Positions 1 to 7,463 of a stretch of 64,000 nt of DNA are shown here, in pieces; position 1 is the stretch's first letter; each line of letters opens with the position of its first letter. The translations under genes were made by a program, and so were the position numbers. The DNA lies in assembly GCA_965223415.1 (NCBI GenBank), contig OZ245002.1, forward strand, positions 4,288,001-4,352,000, written 5' to 3'. The stretch is from Myxococcota bacterium. GTDB taxonomy: Bacteria > Myxococcota_A > UBA9160 > UBA6930. The notes beneath the pieces were generated by a model that searched no databases, was not told the DNA's origin, and saw only the letters and a program-made list of their open reading frames with translations.

Positions 1-179
1 CCGAGGGACACGCCGGCCTCGGCCGCGATGTCCCGCATGCGGGAGCCGTCGGCACCCTTGGCGCCGAACACGCGCTCGGCGGCGGCGGCGACCGCCTCGC
101 GGTAGACCGATGCGCGCTCCTCGCGCATGCGCTGCTGGATCGGTGCGCTGCGGGTCTTCGCGGGGGCTCTCCGGGCCAT
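1..179 (-). CDS. TetR/AcrR-family transcriptional regulator, N-terminal part (runs off the window)
   Basis: Manual translation MARRAPAKTRSAPIQQRMREERASVYREAVAAAAERVFGAKGADGSRMRDIAAEAGVSL gives a TetR HTH pattern. Confidence 0.85.
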   Translation of the reverse strand, partial: MARRAPAKTRSAPIQQRMREERASVYREAVAAAAERVFGAKGADGSRMRDIAAEAGVSL

Positions 180-204
180 GAATCCGGATTCTATTACATT
201 AGAA
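180..204. promoter_or_regulatory. Putative leaderless -10 box and operator of the TetR gene
   Basis: AT-rich patch. Minus-strand TAGAAT (193-188) lies 8 nt before the ATG. Palindrome GAATCCGGATTC at 180-191 and TTCTA-N6-TAGAA at 189-204. Confidence 0.5.
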
Positions 205-212
205 CCAGAATT

Positions 213-830
213 TCAATCGGCGACGGCGAACACCAGGAAGCTCTGCCGATCCAGGAAGGTGTGGTCGGCGTCGAGGCGGTAGCCCGCCTCGACGAGGGCG
301 GAGACGATGGCGTCCTTGTCCGTGGCGTGGTTGCCGAGCAGCGACCAGCCGTCCCGGGGCGCGTACTCCACCACGGCGATCCGGGCTCCCGGCCGGAGGT
401 GCGGCTTCAGGTTCGCGAAGTAGGCCGCCTGGTCCGGCAAGTGGTGGAAGGTGTTGCAGGTGAAGATCCAGTCGACGGGCTCCGGGAGCTTCGCGTCGTC
501 CGGCGCGGCGAGGACTGCGCTCACGTTGGCAACGCCGTCCTCCTCGGCCTTGCCGGCGATGTAATCCGTCATGTCCGCGTCGATGTCCACCGCGTAGACG
601 CGCCCCTCCGGCACCGCCGCGGCGAGGCGGAAGGTGAAGTAGCCGCCGCCCGCACCGAGATCCGCGATCAGGGCGTCCTCGGCGAAGCCGAGGCTCGCGA
701 CCACCTGGGCCGGCTGCTGCCACTGGTCCCGGTCGCCCCCGGCGTACATGCGGCGCTTGAGCCAGCCGCAGCCGAGGCTTCCCGCGACCAGCGCGGTGAG
801 CAGGGCGAGAGCGATCGCCCGTCGGGTCAT
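213..830 (-). CDS. Class I SAM-dependent methyltransferase with signal/lipoprotein-like N-terminus
   Basis: IADLGAGGGYF motif I, VYAVDI, TFHH; hydrophobic N-terminus ending SLGC. Confidence 0.85.
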   Translation of the reverse strand: MTRRAIALALLTALVAGSLGCGWLKRRMYAGGDRDQWQQPAQVVASLGFAEDALIADLGAGGGYFTFRLAAAVPEGRVYAVDIDADMTDYIAGKAEEDGVANVSAVLAAPDDAKLPEPVDWIFTCNTFHHLPDQAAYFANLKPHLRPGARIAVVEYAPRDGWSLLGNHATDKDAIVSALVEAGYRLDADHTFLDRQSFLVFAVAD

Positions 831-840
831 GTCCGTTCTC

Positions 841-2025
841 CTAGGCCGGGCGCAGGGTGTTCAGCTCGCGCGCGTTGTCGCGCAGGATCCTCTGGAGCGA
901 GGCGGCATCGAAGCCCTCCAGCTCCTCCAGGTAGTCGAGAGGCTGGGGCATGCCCTCGATGTGGGGCCAGTCCGAGCCGAAGATCACGCGCTCGGGGCCC
1001 ATGATCTCCACGACCTCGTTCACGTCGTCTTCCCAGAACGGGTTGATCCAGACGTGCTCCTTGAAGAGCGCGCCCGGGTCCTCCTGGTAGTAGCCCGGGA
1101 TCTTGTCCGCGGACTGCTTCAGCTTGCGGAAGAGGTCCGGCAGGAACTCGGAGCCGTTCTCGACCGAGGCGATGCGCAGGTTCGGGAAGCGCTCGTACAT
1201 GCGGCCGTAGGACATGGTGATCAGCCAGTCGTAGGCGGCGCGCTCGATGTTGAAGGCCTTGATCGACGGGGTGTAGCCGCCGCCGTCGAAGCTCGCGCCG
1301 AAGCCGTCGCGGGTGTAGCCGTGGGTGGTGTAGCCGCTGTCGCCGGCGTGGACGACGGTGGTGATGCCCGCTTCGTTCACCCGCGCCCAGAAGGGATCGA
1401 AGCGCTCGTCGGCTGGGGAGAAGGTGCCATCGCGGGTCCAGACCGCCGCCGGCCGCATGGCGATGATCCGGGCGCCCCGGTCGAGGGCCCACTCCAGCTC
1501 GGAGACCGCGAAGTCCGTGTCGCAGAGGCTGATGTAGGGCGCGGCGAAGATGCGGTCCTTGTAGTGGCAGCCCCAGTCCTCGTCGATCCACCGGTTGAAG
1601 GCCCGGAACACCCACTCCACCGCCTGGGGGTCCTCCTTCAGGAGCTCCTCGTAGAGCACGCCCAGGGTGGGGAAGAGCCACATCGCCTCCAGGTCCTGCT
1701 CGTCCATCATCTGGATCCGGGCGTCGGCGTCCCGGTAGCAGGCGGGGATGGGCTCCCGCTCGCGCAGGTAGTGGACCGGGTGCTTCTTCTCCGGGTTGCC
1801 GCGGAAGAACTGGTGGAGGGCGCCGGGCTTCGCGATCGGGTCGAAGGTGGGGTTGACCACCGCGTGGCTCACCTTGCCGCCGACCACGTGGTACTGGCGC
1901 CCGTCGATTTCCGCCCACTGCACCGTGCGGGGCCCCGTCTTGGGGTCGAGATGGCGGGTGAAGGCGTCGAGAGCTTCGTAGTAGTGGTTGTCGGCGTCGA
2001 AGACCGGGTAGTCGACCGTGGGCAC
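841..2025 (-). CDS. Amidohydrolase family protein (amidohydro_2-like)
   Basis: DADNHYYE metal motif near the N-terminus and FGSDWPH near the C-terminus; GTG start at 2025 after an AAGGAG RBS. Confidence 0.88.
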   Translation of the reverse strand: MPTVDYPVFDADNHYYEALDAFTRHLDPKTGPRTVQWAEIDGRQYHVVGGKVSHAVVNPTFDPIAKPGALHQFFRGNPEKKHPVHYLREREPIPACYRDADARIQMMDEQDLEAMWLFPTLGVLYEELLKEDPQAVEWVFRAFNRWIDEDWGCHYKDRIFAAPYISLCDTDFAVSELEWALDRGARIIAMRPAAVWTRDGTFSPADERFDPFWARVNEAGITTVVHAGDSGYTTHGYTRDGFGASFDGGGYTPSIKAFNIERAAYDWLITMSYGRMYERFPNLRIASVENGSEFLPDLFRKLKQSADKIPGYYQEDPGALFKEHVWINPFWEDDVNEVVEIMGPERVIFGSDWPHIEGMPQPLDYLEELEGFDAASLQRILRDNARELNTLRPA

Positions 2026-2064
2026 GGGGGGCTCTCCTTCGGGAGGCGAGGTTACCCTGGGGCC

Positions 2065-2598
2065 GTGCCTCGTGCCGACTGGAAGGTGTCCGCGCTGTGG
2101 AACGGCGCGCCCGCGGACCCGGAGGAGCACGCCGAGCTGCGGCTCGAGTGGGACGCCGAGGAGGCGGTGCTTCAGGTCGAGGCGCCCCTCCACGGCGACC
2201 CGGCACCGCCCGGCCCGCCGGGTCCGATGCCCGGCCTGTGGGAGTACGAGGTGGTAGAGCTGTTCCTGCTGGGGGAGGGTGAGCGCTACCTCGAGATCGA
2301 GGTCGGCCCCCACGGCCATCACTGGGTGCTGGAGCTGGAGGGCGCCCGGCAGGCCGTGCGGGAGGGCCTGCCCCTGCGCCTCGACGCCCGCATCGACGGT
2401 CCCCGCTGGCGAGCCGAGGCCCGCTTCCCCGCCGCCTGGCTCCCCCCCGGCCTCCACGCCGCCGCCGCCTACGCCATCCACGGCCGGGGCCGCGCCCGCC
2501 GCTACCTCTCCGCCTTCCCCCTCCCGGGCCGCGAGCCCGACTTCCACCAGCTCGCCGCCTTCCGCCCTCTCCGAATGAAGAAACGGGGCCAGAGTTAA
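2065..2598 (+). CDS. UPF0462 / C4orf33-like protein (CBM9/DOMON-like fold)
   Basis: LWEYEVVELF, YLEIEVGPHGHHWVL, YAIHG and PDFH motifs match the recalled C4orf33 pattern; GTG start with TACCCT 6 nt upstream. Confidence 0.75.
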   Translation: MPRADWKVSALWNGAPADPEEHAELRLEWDAEEAVLQVEAPLHGDPAPPGPPGPMPGLWEYEVVELFLLGEGERYLEIEVGPHGHHWVLELEGARQAVREGLPLRLDARIDGPRWRAEARFPAAWLPPGLHAAAAYAIHGRGRARRYLSAFPLPGREPDFHQLAAFRPLRMKKRGQS

Positions 2599-2645
2599 GA
2601 ATTCAGTTTCTTCGAAACTGAATTCTTAACTCTGGCCCCGTTTCT
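2579..2645. repeat. Perfect 32-bp inverted repeat with 3-nt loop (REP/MITE-like palindrome)
   Basis: AGAAACGGGGCCAGAGTTAAGAATTCAGTTTC-TTC-GAAACTGAATTCTTAACTCTGGCCCCGTTTCT; AT-rich compared with the flanks. Confidence 0.95.
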
Positions 2646-2693
2646 GATCCCCGCGGGGTTTGACAGCGAGGTGGGGGTTCCGAGGCTTCGGGC

Positions 2694-2846
2694 ATGTTCA
2701 GTCCCAACGACGAGCCGACCGGAAGCCGCCCGGAGCCGGGAGCCGCCGAGCCGATGGACGCGGCGGTCCATACCTGGGACCCGACGCTCTGGGCCCTCTA
2801 CCTGACCGAGCTGGCCCAGCGTCAGAGCAGGGAGCGGATGAACTAG
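2694..2846 (+). CDS. Possible 50-aa small protein
   Basis: MFSPNDEPTGSRPEPGAAEPMDAAVHTWDPTLWALYLTELAQRQSRERMN*; fills the intergenic gap, GC-rich third positions, TTGACA at 2660-2665. Confidence 0.45.
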   Translation: MFSPNDEPTGSRPEPGAAEPMDAAVHTWDPTLWALYLTELAQRQSRERMN

Positions 2847-2868
2847 GCCCGAACTAGGCTCCGGGGCC

Positions 2869-3627
2869 ATGTCGCTGGAAGGACGCGTTGCGCTGGTAAC
2901 CGGAGGCGGCCGGGGCGCGGGCCGGGCCATCGCCCTGGGGCTGGCCGAAGACGGCGCCGACGTCGCGGTGAACTACCGCCGGGACGAGGGGGCCGCCCGC
3001 GAAGCCGTCGCGGCCATCCAGGCGTTGGGGCGCAAGGCCGCCGCCTACGCCGCCTCGGTGGACGACTACGACGCCGACGCCGCCATGGTCGACGGGGTGC
3101 TGAAGGACTTCGGCCACGTCGACATCCTGGTGAACAACGCGGGCATCGCGAGCCGCGGCCACAGCGTGCTGAAGACCGACCCCGCAGAGCTCGAACGGGT
3201 CGTCCGCACCCACGCCTTCGGCCCCCACCACCTGAGCCAGCTGGTGCTCCCCAGCATGCGTGAGCGCCCGAGGGGCGACATCGTGATGATCTCCAGCGTC
3301 GCCACCCTCCACCACGGCGCGGGCGGCGCGCCCTACAACATGGGCAAGGCCGCCATGGAGGCTCTGGCCTTCACCCTCGCGAAGGAAGAGAAGCGCCACG
3401 GCATCCACGTGAACATCGTCGCTCCGGGGCTGATCGAGACCGAGATGGGCCGCCGGCTGATGAAGGCCACGGCGGGCGTGGAAGATCTCCGCAGCCTCGA
3501 CGCCGGCATGCCCTTCGGCCACGTGTGCACGCCGGAGGAGGTCGCCGCGGTGGTGCGCTTCCTCGTCTCCGACGCGGCCAGCTACGTCACGGGCGAGAAG
3601 ATCAACGTGCACGGGGGAGGCTCCTAG
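2869..3627 (+). CDS. SDR family oxidoreductase (FabG-like)
   Basis: TGGGRGAG, NNAG, YNMGK (YxxxK). Confidence 0.93.
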   Translation: MSLEGRVALVTGGGRGAGRAIALGLAEDGADVAVNYRRDEGAAREAVAAIQALGRKAAAYAASVDDYDADAAMVDGVLKDFGHVDILVNNAGIASRGHSVLKTDPAELERVVRTHAFGPHHLSQLVLPSMRERPRGDIVMISSVATLHHGAGGAPYNMGKAAMEALAFTLAKEEKRHGIHVNIVAPGLIETEMGRRLMKATAGVEDLRSLDAGMPFGHVCTPEEVAAVVRFLVSDAASYVTGEKINVHGGGS

Positions 3628-3630
3628 CCG

Positions 3631-4674
3631 GTGGAGCCCCGGCCTCTCGGCGTGATCGCGAACCCGATGTCCGGACGGGACGTGCGGCGCCTGGTGGGCC
3701 GCGCCCAGACCCACACGCCGGACGCCAAGCGCAACCAGCTCCAGCGCGCGGTGGTGGGGGCGGTGGCGGGCGGCGTGACCCGGGTGCTCCTCGTGCGCGA
3801 TCTCTTCCGCGTCTCCGAGCGCGCGGTCGACCTGCTGCGCATCGGCGCCGAGATGGAGTTCCTCGACATCGGCAAGCTCGACACGAAGCCCAGCGACACG
3901 CTTCGCGCCGTCGAGGCGATGCGCAAGGCGGGCTGCGGGGCGCTGCTGGTGCTGGGGGGCGACGGCACCCAGCGCCTGGTGGCGAAGGCCTGGCCCGACG
4001 CGCCACTGCTCCCGCTCTCGACCGGGACCAACAACGTCTTCCCGGAGACCGTGGAGGCGACCACCGCCGGCGCGGCCGCCGGCCTCGTCGCCAGCGGCCG
4101 CCTGCCGGTGGCGGAGGTGGCGACTCGCGCCAAGCTCCTCCGCGCCCGGTACGCCGACGGCGCCGAGAGCCTCGGGGTGATCGACGGCGTGCTCGTGGCG
4201 GACGACCACCCGGGCAGCTTCATGCCCTTCGACCCGGAGAAGATCCGCCAGGTCGTGCTCTCCCGCGCCGAGCCCGGAGCCGTCGGCATGTCGCCCATCG
4301 GCGGCTTGCTCGAGCCGGCGAGCGCCGCCGACGACTTCGGTGTGGCGGTCGAGTGCACCGCCCGCGGCGAGGGCCGTCCGCTGCTCGTTCCCGTCTCGCC
4401 GGGCCTCTACCGCACCGCCTGGGTACGGAGCGCGCGGCGCATCGCCCTGGGCGAAGAGGTCGTGCTGCGCGGGCCCGGCGTGGTCGAGTTCGACGGCGAT
4501 CGCGAGCGGCTGCTCGCGCCCGACGAGCCCATGCACCTGCGTGTCGTGCGCGAGGGGCCCTGGGTGATCGACACCGCCCGGGCCTTGCGCCTCGCCGCCG
4601 AGCGCGGCCTCTATCTCGACCGCCCCCACTGGCACGACGAGAGCGATAGCGGCACCGGCCCCGGCTGCTGCTGA
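3631..4674 (+). CDS. ATP-NAD kinase-fold protein, AcoX-like
   Basis: IANPMSGRDVRRLV, LGGDGT and STGTNNVFP motifs. Confidence 0.82.
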   Translation: MEPRPLGVIANPMSGRDVRRLVGRAQTHTPDAKRNQLQRAVVGAVAGGVTRVLLVRDLFRVSERAVDLLRIGAEMEFLDIGKLDTKPSDTLRAVEAMRKAGCGALLVLGGDGTQRLVAKAWPDAPLLPLSTGTNNVFPETVEATTAGAAAGLVASGRLPVAEVATRAKLLRARYADGAESLGVIDGVLVADDHPGSFMPFDPEKIRQVVLSRAEPGAVGMSPIGGLLEPASAADDFGVAVECTARGEGRPLLVPVSPGLYRTAWVRSARRIALGEEVVLRGPGVVEFDGDRERLLAPDEPMHLRVVREGPWVIDTARALRLAAERGLYLDRPHWHDESDSGTGPGCC

Positions 4675-4683
4675 GCCGCCGGT

Positions 4684-5610
4684 GTGCGCATCGGCCTCTA
4701 CCTGGCGGGCACCGGCGAGCTCCCCCTGGCGGCGCTCGAAGCCCGGGCCCGGGAAGCCGACGCCGCCGGCTTCGACACCCTGTGGATCGGCCAGACCTTC
4801 GACCACGACGCCCTCGGCCTGGCCGGGCTACTGGGTCGAGCGACCCGGCGCATCGCCCTCGGCACCTGGGTGGTGCCCAGCCCCCTCCGGCATCCGATGG
4901 CGCTCGCCCAGGCCGCGCTGACGGCCCAGGCGGCCTGCGGCGGGCGCCTGCGCCTGGCGATCGGCGTGAGCCATGCGGCCGTGCTCGAAAGGCGGCTCGG
5001 CATCGACTTCCCTAGCCCTGTCGCACACATGCGGGCGACCCTCGAAGTGCTGGATCCACTTCTGCAGGGTGTCCCGGTCGAGCGCGACGGGCCGGTCTGG
5101 CGCGCGCGCGGGAGCCTGCAGGTTCCCGGGGCGCCGCCGCCGGAGCTGCTGCTCGCGGCGCTCCAGCCGCGCATGCTCGCCCTGGCCGGTGAGGCCAGCG
5201 ACGGCGCCGCGATCTGGCTCGGGGGGGCTCGCCATCTGCGCGAGAGTGCCATCCCGCTCCTCCGCGCCGCCGCCGCCCGCGCCGGGCGCGGCACGCCGCG
5301 GGTGGTGTGCGGCCTCCCCATCGCCCTTACCGGAGATCGGGAGGCGGCCCGCGCCGGTGTCGCCCGGTGGGTCGGCCCGAGCGCCCGGCTCCCCTCCTAC
5401 CGGGCCGTGCTGCGCGCGAGCGGTGCCTCCGGCCCCGAGGACGTCGCCCTGATCGGCGGAGCCGGCGAGCTCGCCGATCGCCTCGGCGAGCTCAGGGCCC
5501 TGGGCGTGACCGACTTCAACGCCCTGGCGGTCCCCGTGCACGGCGAGGTCGACGCCACGCTCGCCTTCCTGGCTGGACTATCCTCGTCCCCCCACAGGAG
5601 GAAGCCATGA
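4684..5610 (+). CDS. LLM-class (probably F420-dependent) oxidoreductase
   Basis: AGFDTLWIGQ, RHPMALAQAALT, GRLRLAIGVSH, LAALQPRMLALAG. Confidence 0.85.
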   Translation: MRIGLYLAGTGELPLAALEARAREADAAGFDTLWIGQTFDHDALGLAGLLGRATRRIALGTWVVPSPLRHPMALAQAALTAQAACGGRLRLAIGVSHAAVLERRLGIDFPSPVAHMRATLEVLDPLLQGVPVERDGPVWRARGSLQVPGAPPPELLLAALQPRMLALAGEASDGAAIWLGGARHLRESAIPLLRAAAARAGRGTPRVVCGLPIALTGDREAARAGVARWVGPSARLPSYRAVLRASGASGPEDVALIGGAGELADRLGELRALGVTDFNALAVPVHGEVDATLAFLAGLSSSPHRRKP

Positions 5611-6461
5611 AGCTCGGTCTCATGTTCGCCAACGTCGGTCCCTTCGGGCAGCCGGAGATGTTGACCCACCTGGCCCAGACCGCGGAAGAGGTCGGCATCG
5701 AGTCGCTCTGGACCGTCGAGCACGTGGTCGTGCCCAGGGGCTACCAGGCCGAGTATCCGTACTCGCAGGACGGCAAGATGCCGGGGCCCGAGGAGTCGCC
5801 GATTCCGGACCCCTTCGTCTGGCTCACCTACGCCGCCGCGGTGACCGAGAAGATCCGGCTCGGTACGGGCGTGCTGATCCTCCCCCAGCGTCACCCGTTC
5901 TACGTCGCGAAAGAGGTTGCGACCCTCGACCAGCTCTCCCAGGGCCGGGCGCTGCTCGGCGTGGGCATCGGCTGGCTCCAGGAGGAGTTCGACGCCCTCG
6001 GCATTCCCTTCGACGAGCGCGTCGACCGCACCGAGGAGGCGGTCCACGCGCTGCGCACGCTCTGGTCCGACGGGCCGTCGGAGTTCGCCGGCGCGCACTA
6101 CCGCTGGGCCCCCGTCGAGTCGAACCCGAAGCCCGTGCAGCGGCCGGGCGTGCCGGTGATCGTCGGTGGCCACGTGAAGGGCGCTGCGCGCCGGGCCGCC
6201 CGGCTTGGCGACGGCTTCTTCCCGGCGCAGGGGGACAACCTGCCGGCGCTGCTCGAAGCCCTGCGCGACGAGTGCGATCGGATCGGACGTGATCCCGGCG
6301 AGATCGAGATCTCCGCCGGTGGTGCGCCGACCCTCGACGCGGTGAAGGAGATGCAGGATCTCGGCGTGTCGCGGTACGTGCTGCCGCCGCCGGGATTCGA
6401 CGCCGAGGCCATCACCCGCGGGCTCCAGCACTACGCCGACCAGATCCTCGCCAAGCTCTGA
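5607..6461 (+). CDS. LLM-class F420-dependent oxidoreductase
   Basis: MKLGLMF...ESLWTVEHVVVP, IRLGTGVLILPQRHP, ARRAARLGDGF; AGGAGG RBS and ATGA overlap. Confidence 0.9.
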   Translation: MKLGLMFANVGPFGQPEMLTHLAQTAEEVGIESLWTVEHVVVPRGYQAEYPYSQDGKMPGPEESPIPDPFVWLTYAAAVTEKIRLGTGVLILPQRHPFYVAKEVATLDQLSQGRALLGVGIGWLQEEFDALGIPFDERVDRTEEAVHALRTLWSDGPSEFAGAHYRWAPVESNPKPVQRPGVPVIVGGHVKGAARRAARLGDGFFPAQGDNLPALLEALRDECDRIGRDPGEIEISAGGAPTLDAVKEMQDLGVSRYVLPPPGFDAEAITRGLQHYADQILAKL

Positions 6462-7261
6462 TGAACCGGCTCCAGGGCAAGGTGGCGATCGTCACCGGGG
6501 CCGCCCGCGGCACCGGCGCCGAAACGGCCCGCTTGTTCGCCGAGCAGGGTGCCCGGGTGCTCCTGGCCGACGTCAACGACGAGGCCGGCCGCGCGGTGGC
6601 CGCGGAGCTGGGCGACGCCGGACGCTACCAGCACCTGGACGTCACGTCGGCGGAGGGCTGGGCCCTCGCGGTCGACGCGGCCGCGGCCTGGGGCGGCCTC
6701 CACGTCCTCGTGAACAACGCGGCCATCCTCGAGGTGGCGACCCTGGAGGACACCTCGCCGGAGGCGGCGCGGGCGGTCGTCGACGTCAACCTGATCGGCC
6801 CCCTGCTGGGCATCCGCGCCGCCATTCCCGAGCTGCGTCGGGCCGGCGGGGGCTCGATCGTGAACGTGGCGTCGATCGACGCCCTGGAGGGGGAGGTCGG
6901 GGTCGCCGCCTACGGCGCCAGCAAGTGGGGGCTTCGCGGTCTCACGAAGTGCGCGGCCCTCGAGCTCGGGGTGCACGGCATTCGCGTCAACACCGTCTGC
7001 CCGGCGGGAGGCAGCCGCGAGATGGCCGCCCCCTTCGTAGAGGCAGTGCAGGCGGCGCTCCGGGACGGCCAGCGCATCGACTTCAGCGGGACACCCCGCC
7101 AGCCCATGGGCCGGGGCTCGACGCTGCGCGAGATCGCCAACATGATCCTGTTCCTGGCCTCGGACGAGAGCTCCTTCTGCTCCGGCGGCGACTACGCCGT
7201 GGACGGGGCCTTCACCGCGGGCCACATCATCCCCGGCGCCCCGGGCACCTGGGAGGGCTGA
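6461..7261 (+). CDS. SDR family oxidoreductase (3-alpha/20-beta-HSD-like)
   Basis: TGAARGTG, NNAA, YGASK. Confidence 0.92.
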   Translation: MNRLQGKVAIVTGAARGTGAETARLFAEQGARVLLADVNDEAGRAVAAELGDAGRYQHLDVTSAEGWALAVDAAAAWGGLHVLVNNAAILEVATLEDTSPEAARAVVDVNLIGPLLGIRAAIPELRRAGGGSIVNVASIDALEGEVGVAAYGASKWGLRGLTKCAALELGVHGIRVNTVCPAGGSREMAAPFVEAVQAALRDGQRIDFSGTPRQPMGRGSTLREIANMILFLASDESSFCSGGDYAVDGAFTAGHIIPGAPGTWEG

Positions 7262-7463
7262 CGGGCTTTCGATGTGAATGCACGGCTTCCAACCTGTAAG
7301 GGGGTGGAAGGCCCACAGCGGATGCGTGAGGCCGCAACGCGGTCCCCGCGCATCGTTGCGTGCAGGAGACCTGCTGGCTTTCCCGGAGTTTCCCCCTCCG
7401 CCGAAGCGGCACGACTCTTGCTCTCCCCGGTGCTCTGTTCGCGCACCGGCGGAGGGAATCGCG

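Noticed and set aside
7262..7463. Riboswitch or sigma28 promoter before the MCP gene
   Set aside because: I could not match c-di-GMP-I/II aptamer motifs; GCCGAAGC at 7400 has no matching -35 element. An Rfam search would settle it.
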